Shown here one piece after another: positions 28,695 to 39,270 of a stretch of DNA of 63,200 nt. The notes beneath the pieces are model-generated. The model saw only the letters and a program-made list of their open reading frames with translations. It did no database searches and was not told the DNA's origin. A program made the position numbers and the translations under genes. Source of the stretch: Candidatus Mediterraneibacter intestinigallinarum. Lineage in GTDB: Bacteria; Bacillota; Clostridia; Lachnospirales; Lachnospiraceae. The stretch spans positions 1-63,200 of the forward strand of contig DWXI01000173.1 of assembly GCA_019119265.1 (NCBI GenBank). Direction: 5' to 3'. How positions within the stretch are numbered: position 1 is the stretch's first letter; each line of letters opens with the position of its first letter.

Positions 28695-29398
28695 GACGGA
28701 TAATGAAAGCACTTTCGATCATAAACGGAGTTGTAGATGAACAGGTACATGGCGACATAGAGAGGTATGCCCAGCTTCTGGGCTTCCTCTCGTATGAGCC
28801 TGAGGGGGCTCTGGACGGAGCGGGTCGCTCCTCCCGGATTGCGCTTGCCTGTGCAGATACGGCAGGACTTGAAACATATAAGAGCAGAGTCAGTGAAATG
28901 CACAGAGCGGGATGTCCGGTCATTCTGATCCCGACCGCAGACAGTGAAGAGAATCCCGGCAGTTACAGAAAATACAGAGAATATATTACAGCACATGCGG
29001 GATTCAGGCTTACATTGAGTGAATTCCGGGAGATGCTCCGACGATATGTAAGCGGAGAACTGCTTGCGGAGAGGACACTCTGCTTTGGAACCTCTTTCAC
29101 TGTGGACAGGAAGCAGAGGACGGTTATGAAACAGGGCAGGCAGATCGATCTCAGCCTGTTCGAGTTCAATATTCTGGTCTTTTTGCTGGATCATATAGGA
29201 ACAGCTGTGACCAGGGAAGAGATGCTTCTCGTGCTTCCTGAAAGAAAGCGGGGAAGCACCAGAAATATCGATACGCATATAAAGCATATCAGGAGGCTGC
29301 TTGATATGAGAGATGTGATCGTATGTGTCAGGTCGGTCGGATACCGGGTGGACGAAGAGGGGTTCCTCAGGAAGATATGCGGATCGGCGGATCGGTAG
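28691..29398 (+). CDS. Winged-helix (OmpR C-terminal) regulator with atypical N-terminus
   Basis: LSLFEFNIL, TRNIDTHIKHIRR, VRSVGYR. No DD/D/K receiver motifs. Confidence 0.75.
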   Translation: MRRIMKALSIINGVVDEQVHGDIERYAQLLGFLSYEPEGALDGAGRSSRIALACADTAGLETYKSRVSEMHRAGCPVILIPTADSEENPGSYRKYREYITAHAGFRLTLSEFREMLRRYVSGELLAERTLCFGTSFTVDRKQRTVMKQGRQIDLSLFEFNILVFLLDHIGTAVTREEMLLVLPERKRGSTRNIDTHIKHIRRLLDMRDVIVCVRSVGYRVDEEGFLRKICGSADR

Positions 29399-29409
29399 TA
29401 TTCACTGCA

Positions 29410-30495
29410 TCATAGCGGTATGGCATCTGTTCCGCGACAAGGCAGGATAACAGTGAAAGCGCTCCCCTTTCCGGGAACGCTCTCGACATGGATCGTTCCC
29501 CGGTGAAGTTCTATGATTTTTTTCACGAGGGAAAGGCCAAGCCCGCATCCTTCCGTGGAGTGCGAGACGTCTCCCTGATAAAATCTGTCGAATATTTTCC
29601 CCTGCATTTCCATATCCATTCCAATGCCTTCATCGCTGACCTGAAATATAAACCTGTCCGGATAACGGGCTGTATGCAGAGAAATCCTGCCTGCATGAGG
29701 AGAAAATTTGACCGCGTTATCAATCAGATTTACCCAGACATGTTTTAAAAGGGCAGGGTTTCCTGTTATGAGGCTGTCTTCCATCTTAATGTCAAAACAG
29801 ATATCTTTCTTTTCCCACTTTTGCTGCAGAATAAGGATCGAGCCTCGTATCTGTTCTGCTACATTATACTGTTCTGTATCCGTGAGTACAGTCAGGCTGT
29901 CGATTTTTGAAAGATCAAGGATACGGGAGGAGAGATCCGCCAGACGCTGACATTCGGATATAATGATATCGAGATATTCATCCCGATCTTTGTCTTTCAG
30001 TTTTCCTTTTTTTATCAGCCTGGCAAAACCCTGCACGGACATGATCGGCGTGCGGAATTCATGGGAAAAATTGTTGATAAAATCTGATCGGAGCATCTCG
30101 ATCCCGGCGAGTTCGTCAGTCATCTGGTTAAAGCTTTCGGCAAGTTCCCGGAATTCTTTCGGATGCTTTATGTGTATTTTTACATTAAAGTTGCCGGCTG
30201 CGACTGCGAGGATGGCGTTGATCAGACGGCTCACCGGACGGAGTGGAAAATGACTGAGTACGAGTGTGAGTATCACGCCGATGAATATACTCAGAATGCC
30301 GCTCTGTAGGAGAAAGGGGAAAAGCGGAGTGCCGCCGGGGCGGGCTGTAATGAAACCGGAGGTTACGCAGAAGACAATGATTCCGTTACTGATGATCATA
30401 GTCAGGAGAAGGAGAATGAAAACAAGTCCGGTGCTGATAAGGACGATGGGTATATTTGTCTTTGCACTTCTGCTGATCTTTTCTATGCGTTTCAT
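29410..30495 (-). CDS. Sensor histidine kinase (HssS-like)
   Basis: HAMP, SHEFRTP, NLIDNAVKFS, DEGIG, GCGLGLS. Confidence 0.93.
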   Translation of the reverse strand: MKRIEKISRSAKTNIPIVLISTGLVFILLLLTMIISNGIIVFCVTSGFITARPGGTPLFPFLLQSGILSIFIGVILTLVLSHFPLRPVSRLINAILAVAAGNFNVKIHIKHPKEFRELAESFNQMTDELAGIEMLRSDFINNFSHEFRTPIMSVQGFARLIKKGKLKDKDRDEYLDIIISECQRLADLSSRILDLSKIDSLTVLTDTEQYNVAEQIRGSILILQQKWEKKDICFDIKMEDSLITGNPALLKHVWVNLIDNAVKFSPHAGRISLHTARYPDRFIFQVSDEGIGMDMEMQGKIFDRFYQGDVSHSTEGCGLGLSLVKKIIELHRGTIHVESVPGKGSAFTVILPCRGTDAIPL

Positions 30496-31175
30496 ATATT
30501 TTCACCCCTTACCTGAGCTTTATACCCGAGTCCGCGGATTGTTATAATATCGAAATCAGGATTCCCCTTCAGATGGTTCCGCAGCCTGTTAATATGGACG
30601 CTGACTGTAGATTCCATCGATTCACTTGCCGGTCCCCAGATATCTTCCAGAAGCTGGATGCGGGTGAAGATCTTGTTGGGATATGCGAGGAGTTTGTACA
30701 GGAGCAGGAACTCTTTCAGAGAAAGTGTAAATACATCGCCGCCGCGGCTGACGGTCATTGTATCATAGTCAAGCGTGGTAGAGCCGACCGTGAGCCTGTG
30801 ATCGGAAGCAATACGGGCGCGCCTTAAGAGCGCTTTTATCCGCAGGAGCAGTTCTTCTTCATCCACAGGTTTGGTCATATAGTCGTCGGTGCCGGCGAGA
30901 AATCCGTGCTTGATGTTGTCAGGGAGCTGTTTTGCAGACAGCATCAGGATGGGAAGATCGAAGCGGCAGTCGCGCAAAAGTGATGTGAATTCATATCCGT
31001 CCATGCCGGGCATCATAATATCCAGCAGCAGAAGATCGATCTTCTGTTCTTTCAGCATGAGAAGAGCGTCGCCCGCGGACGAAGAGGTGAAAGGCTCATA
31101 ACCTGCGGCAGATAATACGGCGCTGAGGTACCGCCGTGTGTTCTTATCATCGTCTACGATCAGAATCTGAAACAT
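30492..31175 (-). CDS. OmpR-family response regulator (HssR-like)
   Basis: IVDDD, LDIMMP, GTDDYMTKP, TIRGLGYKA. Confidence 0.92.
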   Translation of the reverse strand: MFQILIVDDDKNTRRYLSAVLSAAGYEPFTSSSAGDALLMLKEQKIDLLLLDIMMPGMDGYEFTSLLRDCRFDLPILMLSAKQLPDNIKHGFLAGTDDYMTKPVDEEELLLRIKALLRRARIASDHRLTVGSTTLDYDTMTVSRGGDVFTLSLKEFLLLYKLLAYPNKIFTRIQLLEDIWGPASESMESTVSVHINRLRNHLKGNPDFDIITIRGLGYKAQVRGENI

Positions 31176-31271
31176 ATTTATTCTTTTGGAAATATATTTG
31201 AGGGCTTTTGGCCGACAGCATTTTGTATTGCAATACCGGAAGTATAGCAGAAAATCGTGACAGAATTTCTC

Positions 31272-31327
31272 TTGACAATCTCCTTTCGGAGGCATACAAT
31301 ATAACAGTGATATATAACACTGTTATA
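31272..31327 (+). promoter_or_regulatory. SigA promoter and TetR-type palindromic operator
   Basis: TTGACA 31272, TACAAT 31295. TATAACAGTG...CACTGTTATA at 31300-31327. Confidence 0.75.
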
Positions 31328-31341
31328 AGGAGGCGCATACA

Positions 31342-31956
31342 ATAGACGGGAATCTGACAACTTTAGAACGCATCCATCAGGCGGCAAAAGCAGAGTTTTT
31401 AGAAAAAGGTTATAAAGACGCTTCTCTGCGGAACATTGTCAGATCGGCAGGCATGACCACCGGAGCATTTTACGGGTATTACAAAAGCAAAGAAGAATTG
31501 TTTGAAGCGCTGGCAGGCAGACATTACGAATACATCCTGAACCGTTTTAAGGACGCGCAGAAGGAGTTTGCTGATCTGCCGCCGCACCGGCAGCCGGAGG
31601 TCATGAGCGAAATATCGGGGCTTTGTATGTATGATATACTTCACTATGCCTATGATCATCTGGAGGAATGCAAACTTATCCTCTGCTGTTCGGAAGGAAC
31701 GAAGTTTTCCGGGCTTATCGACGAAATGGTGGAGATAGAAGCGGAGGGAACTCACGCTTATCAGAATGTGTTACGGGAGCTTGGCCGTCCTTCCCCGAAG
31801 ATCGATCCTGCCCTGGAACACATTCTGATCACAGGTATGTTTCATACGTTCTTTGAACTGGTCATTCATGAAATGCCGTTGCCTGACGCAGAAAATTATG
31901 TAAAAGAGATGCGCGCTTTTTATACGGCCGGATGGATGAAAATTATGGGGCAGTAA
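31342..31956 (+). CDS. TetR/AcrR-family regulator (ATA at the expected start)
   Basis: AGGAGG RBS, then in-frame ATA and helix 1/HTH (AAKAEFLEKGY..ASLRNIV..AGMTTGAFYGYY.SKEELF). Confidence 0.8.
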   Translation: MDGNLTTLERIHQAAKAEFLEKGYKDASLRNIVRSAGMTTGAFYGYYKSKEELFEALAGRHYEYILNRFKDAQKEFADLPPHRQPEVMSEISGLCMYDILHYAYDHLEECKLILCCSEGTKFSGLIDEMVEIEAEGTHAYQNVLRELGRPSPKIDPALEHILITGMFHTFFELVIHEMPLPDAENYVKEMRAFYTAGWMKIMGQ

Positions 31957-31977
31957 GCCCCCTGATTTTTGCCTTAC

Positions 31978-31995
31978 GGTTAGTTATATCTAACT
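31978..31995 (+). promoter_or_regulatory. Possible DtxR/IdeR-like metal box
   Basis: GGTTAGTTATATCTAACT near-palindrome before the ABC pair. Confidence 0.4.
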
Positions 31996-32064
31996 AAAGG
32001 GATATAAGACGAACACATCTGCGTTCTCTGTATCATAAATCAAATAAAAAAGGAGGAAGTTTCT

Positions 32065-33834
32065 TTGAAAAAACAATCCAATCTGTCACGCCTGCTCAAA
32101 ATTGCGGGCAGCCACAAATACCTGATCTATGCTTCGTGGGTGCTTTCGGCAGTCAGCGCCTTCATTGCCCTGGTACCCTTCTATTACATCTGGAAGGTGA
32201 TCCGGGATGTGCTGGAGGCTGCGCCGGATTTCGGACGGGCACAAGATCTGCCCCGTAACGGCTGGATGGCGGTTCTGTTTTCGGTCATAGCGGTACTGAT
32301 CTATATTGCCGGACTGATGTGTTCCCATAAAGGGGCGTTTCGTGTCGCCACCAATCTGCGGCTGCAGACGATGGAACATATCGTAAAACTGCCGCTGGGG
32401 TTCGCAGAGAGCTTCGGAAGCGGCAGACTCCGCAAAATTGTCAATGAGTCCAGCGCCGCCACCGAAACCTATCTGGCTCATCAGCTCCCCGACCGCGCCA
32501 ATGCGATCGCGACACCCTGCGGACTTCTGATACTGCTGCTGGTGTTCGACTGGAGGCTTGGTCTCTTAAGCCTTGTACCGGTAGCGCTGGGATTCCTGAT
32601 CATGATGGCAATGACCGGGCAGCGGATGCAGGAAAAAATGAAAGAGTACCAGGACGCGCTGGACGACATGTCCAACGAGGCAGTGGAATATGTCCGGGGC
32701 ATTCCGGTAGTCAAAACCTTTGGACAGACGATATTCTCTTTTAAAAAATTCAAAGACTCGATCGACCGCTATAAAGTATGGGTCATCGCCTACACGAAAC
32801 AGCTTCGGGCGCCTATGATGTTCTATACGGCGGCTATTAACAGTGTTTTCGCGACATTGATCGCAGGAGGGCTGATATTTACCCGAAACGGCGTAACGAC
32901 AGAATTCCTCCTGGACATGATTTTCTACATCATCATTACGCCGATTATCTCGGTCACGCTGACACGCATTATGTTTCAAAGTGAAAATGCGATGATCGTA
33001 AACGATGCTTTGCAGAGAATTGACAGTGTTTTGAATCTGAAACCGCTGGAAGAAGCGGAACATCCCGGACATCCGAAAGACGCTTCGGTGGAACTGCAGA
33101 ATATCCGCTTCAGTTATGACGGGGAAACAGAGGTATTGAAAGACATTTCTCTTACCATTCCCCAGGGGCAGACTGTAGCTTTTGTCGGGCCGTCCGGCGG
33201 CGGAAAGACGACTCTGGCCAACCTGATCCCGCGCTTCTTTGATCCGAAGAGCGGAAGCGTCAGTATCGGCGGAGTCAATGTAAAAGATATCCCCAAAGAG
33301 GAACTTATGAATACAGTTTCCTTTGTGTTCCAAAACAGCCGGCTTATCAAAGCCTCTGTTCTGGAAAATGTCCGCATGGGAAAACCGGACGCAACCCGGG
33401 ATGAGGTACTTGACGCACTCCATAATGCCCAGTGCGACGACATTCTTGAAAAGCTGCCGCGTGGTGTGGACACCGTGATCGGCACCAAAGGAGTTTACCT
33501 GTCCGGAGGTGAACAGCAACGGATCGCGATTGCCCGCGTTATGCTGAAAAACGCGCCGGTCATTATTTTAGACGAAGCCACCGCATTTGCTGATCCGGAC
33601 AATGAGACAAGAGTACAGGCCGCTTTTTCGAAGCTCGCCGAAGGAAAAACAGTCATTATGATCGCCCACCGGCTTTCTACTGTAGCGGGCGCAGATCGGA
33701 TCTATGTTATCTGCGACGGGCAGATTGCCGAGAGCGGCACCAGCCGGAAACTGATGGAGCAAGGCGGGATTTTCAGCCGGATGTGGCAGAATTATCAGAC
33801 ATCTGTTCAATGGAAAGTTGTAAAGGAGGTATAA
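32065..33834 (+). CDS. ABC transporter fused TMD+NBD (IrtA/YbtP-like)
   Basis: GPSGGGKT, LSGGEQQR, LDEATAFADP.NE. Confidence 0.93.
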   Translation: MKKQSNLSRLLKIAGSHKYLIYASWVLSAVSAFIALVPFYYIWKVIRDVLEAAPDFGRAQDLPRNGWMAVLFSVIAVLIYIAGLMCSHKGAFRVATNLRLQTMEHIVKLPLGFAESFGSGRLRKIVNESSAATETYLAHQLPDRANAIATPCGLLILLLVFDWRLGLLSLVPVALGFLIMMAMTGQRMQEKMKEYQDALDDMSNEAVEYVRGIPVVKTFGQTIFSFKKFKDSIDRYKVWVIAYTKQLRAPMMFYTAAINSVFATLIAGGLIFTRNGVTTEFLLDMIFYIIITPIISVTLTRIMFQSENAMIVNDALQRIDSVLNLKPLEEAEHPGHPKDASVELQNIRFSYDGETEVLKDISLTIPQGQTVAFVGPSGGGKTTLANLIPRFFDPKSGSVSIGGVNVKDIPKEELMNTVSFVFQNSRLIKASVLENVRMGKPDATRDEVLDALHNAQCDDILEKLPRGVDTVIGTKGVYLSGGEQQRIAIARVMLKNAPVIILDEATAFADPDNETRVQAAFSKLAEGKTVIMIAHRLSTVAGADRIYVICDGQIAESGTSRKLMEQGGIFSRMWQNYQTSVQWKVVKEV

Positions 33835-33837
33835 AAA

Positions 33838-35571
33838 ATGATAAAACGCCTGCAAAAACGCTATGCGCTCTCGGAACAGGGCGCAAAGGACCTTGTGAAA
33901 GGCTGCCTGGCCTGCGTCCTTCAAAATCTCTCATTTATGTTTCCGGTCGGACTGCTCTATCTTCTGGTGAACGATCTGTTAAATGGCGGAGCTGCTGCTG
34001 AAAAAACAGCATTTTACGCCATCGGCTGCGCAGTGTGTATCGGGCTGATCCTGCTTACCACGTATCTCCAGTATAACGCTACATATTTTGCCACGTATAC
34101 GGAAAGCGGCGTGCGGCGGATCACGCTGGCGGAACGGCTGAGGAAAATCCCTCTGTCATTTTTCGGTAAAAAAGATCTGGCCGATCTTACCAGTACGATC
34201 ATGGCGGACTGCACATTCCTGGAACAGAGTTTTTCCCATTTTATTCCTGAACTTGCGGGATCTATTATCTCTACGGTTCTTATTTCCGTCAGCCTGCTTA
34301 TTTTTGACTGGCGCATGGCGCTGGCGGTACTGTGGGTAATGCCGGTGGCTTTTGCCATTGTGGGCTTTTCTGCGAGGATTCAGGAAAATCTTAACCAGAA
34401 AGCAATGAACGTCAAAATGGAATGCGCTGATGGAATCCAGGAGTGTATTGAAACTGTGCGGGATTTAAAAGCCAACAATGCAGAACAGGAATACCTGAAA
34501 GGCCTGGAAAAGAAAATACGCGCGGTGGAACACCGCTCGATCCTCAATGAATTCGGACTGGCAGCTTTCGTGGTTTCCGCGTCGCTGGTACTGAAGCTGG
34601 GAATCGCTACGGTCGCGCTTGCCGGCTCTATACTGCTGATCGGGGGCAGCCTGGATGTGATAACGTTCTTTCTGTTTTTGCTTGTCGTATCAAGATTATA
34701 CGATCCGCTGCAGGGAGCGTTGCAAAATCTGGCGGCGGTGATCAGCACGCGAACTAATATTGCACGCATGAATGAGATTCTCGATCATCCTATACAGCAG
34801 GGGGAAACCCGTCTTACAAACAAAGGCTGCGATATTGTTTTTGACCATGTGGATTTCGCCTACAATACCGGAGAAGCGGTTTTGAAAGATGTCTCCTTTA
34901 CCGCAAAGCAGGGGGAGGTCACAGCCTTGGTGGGACCGTCCGGAGGCGGCAAAACGACGGTTTCCAGACTGGCGGCGAGATTCTGGGATGTAAGCAGAGG
35001 AAAGATTACCGTAGGAGGCATGGATATTTCCCGGACAGATCCGGAAGCGCTCTTGTCCTTGTTTTCGATTGTATTTCAGGATGTCACTCTGTTTGATAAT
35101 ACGATTCTGGAAAATATCCGGATTGGGAACAAGACTGCCACTGACGAGCAGGTGATCGCTGCGGCGAGACTTGCCAATGTGGATGAATTCGCAGAAAAGT
35201 TGCCGGATGGGTGGAATACTGACATCGGCGAAAACGGCTGCGAACTTTCCGGCGGGGAACGGCAGCGCATTTCCATTGCCCGTGCTTTTCTGAAAAACGC
35301 CCCGATCATTCTTTTAGACGAGGCTACTGCATCGCTGGATGTAGAAAATGAGACGCTGATCCAGACAGCGCTTTCCCGCCTGATCGCCGATAAGACCGTA
35401 CTGGTGATCGCCCACCGGATGCGAACTGTGGCCGGAGCGGATAAGATTGTAGTGCTCGCAGGCGGTGCCGTGGCGGAAGAAGGATCGCCAAAGGAACTGA
35501 TGGAGAAGGACGGTATCTATGCCCGTATGGTGGAACTACAGACGAAAAGTCAGAACTGGAAACTGAAATAA
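33838..35571 (+). CDS. ABC transporter fused TMD+NBD (IrtB/YbtQ-like)
   Basis: GPSGGGKT, LSGGERQR, LDEATASLDVENE. Confidence 0.93.
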   Translation: MIKRLQKRYALSEQGAKDLVKGCLACVLQNLSFMFPVGLLYLLVNDLLNGGAAAEKTAFYAIGCAVCIGLILLTTYLQYNATYFATYTESGVRRITLAERLRKIPLSFFGKKDLADLTSTIMADCTFLEQSFSHFIPELAGSIISTVLISVSLLIFDWRMALAVLWVMPVAFAIVGFSARIQENLNQKAMNVKMECADGIQECIETVRDLKANNAEQEYLKGLEKKIRAVEHRSILNEFGLAAFVVSASLVLKLGIATVALAGSILLIGGSLDVITFFLFLLVVSRLYDPLQGALQNLAAVISTRTNIARMNEILDHPIQQGETRLTNKGCDIVFDHVDFAYNTGEAVLKDVSFTAKQGEVTALVGPSGGGKTTVSRLAARFWDVSRGKITVGGMDISRTDPEALLSLFSIVFQDVTLFDNTILENIRIGNKTATDEQVIAAARLANVDEFAEKLPDGWNTDIGENGCELSGGERQRISIARAFLKNAPIILLDEATASLDVENETLIQTALSRLIADKTVLVIAHRMRTVAGADKIVVLAGGAVAEEGSPKELMEKDGIYARMVELQTKSQNWKLK

Positions 35572-35834
35572 AGGAAAGTCTCTGGCTGCCCTGCCGTATT
35601 TTTGGCTTATTTTCTCCTGAAAACAGAAAAGTATGGTATAATGATTGCGCCAAGCGCGATCTGAAGCGATTACATCGCTTCACCCTGCTGCGCAGGGATT
35701 ATACCGGCAACCCACGGCTTGAAAAGTAAATGGCGCTAAAGCGCCGCTTCCTTTTCTGCGCACGTGGTATAATATTTTCATTTGCTGCCGGCGCCGGCAG
35801 AAGAATTATAAAAAGCAGATCCAGGAGGAAATAC

Positions 35835-37688
35835 ATGGACTTTCATACTTTATTCAGATCGCGGTGCCTGATCACGGACGGAGCGATGGGAACATACTAC
35901 AGTGAGAAATACGGAAAGGAATCAGCTTCGCCCGAGAATGACAATCTGACGGCCCCGCAGAAGATCAAAGAAATCCACAGGGAATATATTGAGGCCGGAG
36001 CTGATATCCTGAGGACGAACAGCTTCGCCTCAAATATCCGGACTCTGTGCACAGGCGTTACCGGGAGAATGACAAGGGAAGAACAGCTGCGGACTGTCTA
36101 TGAAAATGTCGCGGCATCCTGCCGGATCGCACAGTCAGCGGCAGAACAGGAACAGAGCCGTGCAAAAGAAGAAGGACGGGAAATAAAGGAAATCTATATT
36201 GCCGGCGATATCGGGCCTGTGCCGGAAAAACGCGGAGCTGAAGAACAGGACGGGGATCTGATCGAAGAATATAAGACCATAGCAAAGGCACATCTGGACG
36301 CCGGGCTGAAACTGATCTGGTTTGAGACGTTTTCAGATTTTGAGCGGATCCTTCCGGTGGCCAAATGGATCAGATCTGTCAGCGATGCTTTTATCATGGC
36401 AAGCTTTTCCGTCAATGTGTTCGGGTATACGCAGACAGGAATGGGAATACGGGAGCTGCTCAAAACGGCGAAAGAAAGTGACCTGATCGACGGGATCGGA
36501 TTTAACTGCGGCATTGGGCCTTCCCATCTGGGAAAACTGCTGAAGCGGCAGGATCTGGGGAATCTGATCGTTGCAGCGGTGCCCAATGCCGGATATGCGG
36601 ACCGGATTGAGAACCGGATGGTATACAGGGATAACTCCGATTATTTCAGCAAGGCGATGGAGGAGATTGCCGGCCAGGGAGTCAACATCATAGGAGGCTG
36701 CTGCGGAACAAATCCGGGATACATCCGTAAACTTTCGCAGGAAGCGGGGAACAGGCCGCTTGCCAGAAGGCTTTCGGACCGACCCGAACAGCGGGCAGAG
36801 TCAGAGATACGTTATGACAATAATCCATTTATACGGAAGCTGTATTCCGGAGAAAAAGCAGTGATCGCCGAGCTGGATCCGCCCTTTGACGGAAATGATA
36901 GAAAGATGGCGGATGCTGCGGCCGTCCTTAAGCGGGCAGGCGTAGAGATGATCACATTTTCCGACTCCCCAATGGGGAAGATGCGAGCATCAGCGGCAAT
37001 GTCTGCGGTTAAGATCGCAAATCAGCTCCAGGTTGAGACAATGCCGCATATTGCATGCCGCGACAGAAATACGATCGGGATCGGTTCGGAAATACTGGGA
37101 GCCTATATGAACGGGATCCGCAATTTTCTGATCGTGACAGGAGATCCGGTGCCTTCGGGCGACAGGGGCAGCATCACATCTGTGTACGACTATCATTCTG
37201 TTACTCTGATGAATTACGTGCGGCAGCTGAACCGTGAGTACTTCGCCGAGGATCCCATTGCCTATGGCGGAGCGTTGAATTACGGAAGAAAGAATATCGA
37301 TGCTGAGATCAGAAGAATGCAGAAAAAGTGTGAGGCCGGAGCATCATTTTTCCTGACCCAGCCGATCTATTCCGATGAAGATATTGAGAGGATCCGCTAC
37401 ATAAAGAGCAGGATAGACACGAAGATTATCTGCGGGATCATGCCGCTTGTCAGCTACCGTAATGCTCTGTTTATGAAGAATGAAATTACCGGGATCAATG
37501 TTCCAGATGAGATCATTGCACAGTATGACAAGAACATGAGCAGGGAAGAGGCTCAGGCGGTGGGAGTGCGCATTGCGATAGAGACTGCAGGCAGACTCGG
37601 CGAGACCGCCGACGGCTACTACTTTATGGTACCGTTTAACAGGGCTGCCATGATTGCGGAAATTATGGACAGACTTTCTCTCCATTGA
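35835..37688 (+). CDS. yitJ: Bifunctional homocysteine S-methyltransferase / methylenetetrahydrofolate reductase (YitJ-like)
   Basis: DGAMGT, GFNC, IGGCCGT. MTHFR half ELDPP, PHIACRDRN, TGDP, FLTQP. Confidence 0.9.
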   Translation: MDFHTLFRSRCLITDGAMGTYYSEKYGKESASPENDNLTAPQKIKEIHREYIEAGADILRTNSFASNIRTLCTGVTGRMTREEQLRTVYENVAASCRIAQSAAEQEQSRAKEEGREIKEIYIAGDIGPVPEKRGAEEQDGDLIEEYKTIAKAHLDAGLKLIWFETFSDFERILPVAKWIRSVSDAFIMASFSVNVFGYTQTGMGIRELLKTAKESDLIDGIGFNCGIGPSHLGKLLKRQDLGNLIVAAVPNAGYADRIENRMVYRDNSDYFSKAMEEIAGQGVNIIGGCCGTNPGYIRKLSQEAGNRPLARRLSDRPEQRAESEIRYDNNPFIRKLYSGEKAVIAELDPPFDGNDRKMADAAAVLKRAGVEMITFSDSPMGKMRASAAMSAVKIANQLQVETMPHIACRDRNTIGIGSEILGAYMNGIRNFLIVTGDPVPSGDRGSITSVYDYHSVTLMNYVRQLNREYFAEDPIAYGGALNYGRKNIDAEIRRMQKKCEAGASFFLTQPIYSDEDIERIRYIKSRIDTKIICGIMPLVSYRNALFMKNEITGINVPDEIIAQYDKNMSREEAQAVGVRIAIETAGRLGETADGYYFMVPFNRAAMIAEIMDRLSLH

Positions 37689-37708
37689 GGAGTGGAGAAA
37701 AAACCAGG

Positions 37709-38593
37709 CTAATGCGTGCCAGTTCCGTATTTTTTGCAGAGCTCTATAAAGGCTTTCATATTATTCGTCAGATATTTGCTTTTATGGTAAATGATATTCA
37801 GATTTCGGGTTAGAGGCCGGTCAAAGGGAATCGTTTTGACTGTGTGATCTTCAATATCTTTTTTTACAAGCAAAAAGGGAAGTACGGCTGCCCCAAGTCC
37901 GGCGGCCACTCCCTGGACGATACTCTGAGTACTGGAACTCTCCCACAGAGGACGGATGCTGATATGCTGGAATGCAAAACAGGCATCCAAGATCTCACGT
38001 CCGGCACTTCCCTTTTCACGCATCAGAAGAGGGTATTCTGCAAGCTGTTCAAGCGTGATGTTCCGATATTTTGTAAGCGGGTGGTCAACGGAAACTATGC
38101 AGCACAGAAAATCTTCCATAAACGGCACAGAGACGATATCCGGATGATTCGGCTGGGTCTCTATGAGCCCGATGTCTGTTTCATTGTTGATGATTTGCTG
38201 TTCGATTGCAGCAGAATGTCTGATGCTTACTTCTGTCCGCAGATCAGGATACAAATTCTGATAACTTTTTAAGAGAACAGGAAGAATATGAGTTCCAATA
38301 GTAATGCTCGCGCCAATACGGACTGTTCCGAGAAAGTCCCAGTTACGAATCTTTTTCTCCATTTCATCAAATATAGAAACAATGTGCAGTGCATATCCAT
38401 AAAATTCCTTCCCGCTTTCTGTGGGAGAGATGTGGCGGCCGATTCGTTCGAACAGCCGTATCCCATAATAATTTTCCAATTCCCTGATTGCAAAGCTGAC
38501 AGAGGGCTGGGCAAGATGCAGTTCCTCTGCGGCTCGCGTTATATTGCTGTGTCTGTATACAGATACGAAGATCCTCATATGGCGAAGCGTCAT
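37709..38593 (-). CDS. LysR-family regulator (CysL-like)
   Basis: ITRAAEELHLAQPSVS, REKGSAGR. Divergent from the chromate transporter genes. Confidence 0.93.
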   Translation of the reverse strand: MTLRHMRIFVSVYRHSNITRAAEELHLAQPSVSFAIRELENYYGIRLFERIGRHISPTESGKEFYGYALHIVSIFDEMEKKIRNWDFLGTVRIGASITIGTHILPVLLKSYQNLYPDLRTEVSIRHSAAIEQQIINNETDIGLIETQPNHPDIVSVPFMEDFLCCIVSVDHPLTKYRNITLEQLAEYPLLMREKGSAGREILDACFAFQHISIRPLWESSSTQSIVQGVAAGLGAAVLPFLLVKKDIEDHTVKTIPFDRPLTRNLNIIYHKSKYLTNNMKAFIELCKKYGTGTH

Positions 38594-38700
38594 AAATAAA
38601 TGTCCTCCATATATAAGAAAAATATTATATATATAATAGAATAATAGTATTTTAATTATAAATCAAGGATAAATATACTTGAAGCAAAGGAGGAAGGAAA

Positions 38701-39270
38701 ATGGAAACTAAGAAAAGGATATTATTATGGAAGATTTTTATTTCAACACTTTACCTGAGCACGTTTACTTTTGGCGGAGGCTATGTGATAGTCACGCTGA
38801 TGAAGAAAAAATTTGTGGATGAATATCATTGGATCGAAGAAGATGAAATGCTGGACCTGATTGCGATCGCGCAGTCATCTCCCGGAGCTATTGCAGTAAA
38901 CGGGGCTATTGTAGTCGGCTATAAACTGGCAGGATTAACAGGTACGCTGACGGCTATCATAGCGACGATCATACCGCCATTTGCAATCATATCGTTGATA
39001 TCACTTTTTTACAATGCGTTTCAGAACAATTGTTTCGTAAGTCTGATGCTGGAGGGTATGCAGGCGGGAGTAGGCGCAGTTATCGCGGCGGTGGTCTTTG
39101 AGATGGCCGGCGGTATTGTCCATGGAAAAAATCCCGTATCCGTTATAATTATGGTGCTGGCCTTTGCCGCTACCTGCTTTTTTGAAATAAATGTGATTTA
39201 TGTGATTCTGATATGCGCAGCAATCGGAGTTGTCAGGACAGTTATAGAGCAGAGGAGGGAGAAACAATGA
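38701..39270 (+). CDS. Short-chain chromate transporter subunit
   Basis: TFGGGY, AQSSPGAIAVN. Confidence 0.92.
   Translation: METKKRILLWKIFISTLYLSTFTFGGGYVIVTLMKKKFVDEYHWIEEDEMLDLIAIAQSSPGAIAVNGAIVVGYKLAGLTGTLTAIIATIIPPFAIISLISLFYNAFQNNCFVSLMLEGMQAGVGAVIAAVVFEMAGGIVHGKNPVSVIIMVLAFAATCFFEINVIYVILICAAIGVVRTVIEQRREKQ

Noticed and set aside
35640-35834. Canonical SAM-I riboswitch or T-box
   Set aside because: No ATCCAGAG/ATCAAGAG core, no T-box GGTGGNACC and no terminator U-tract.
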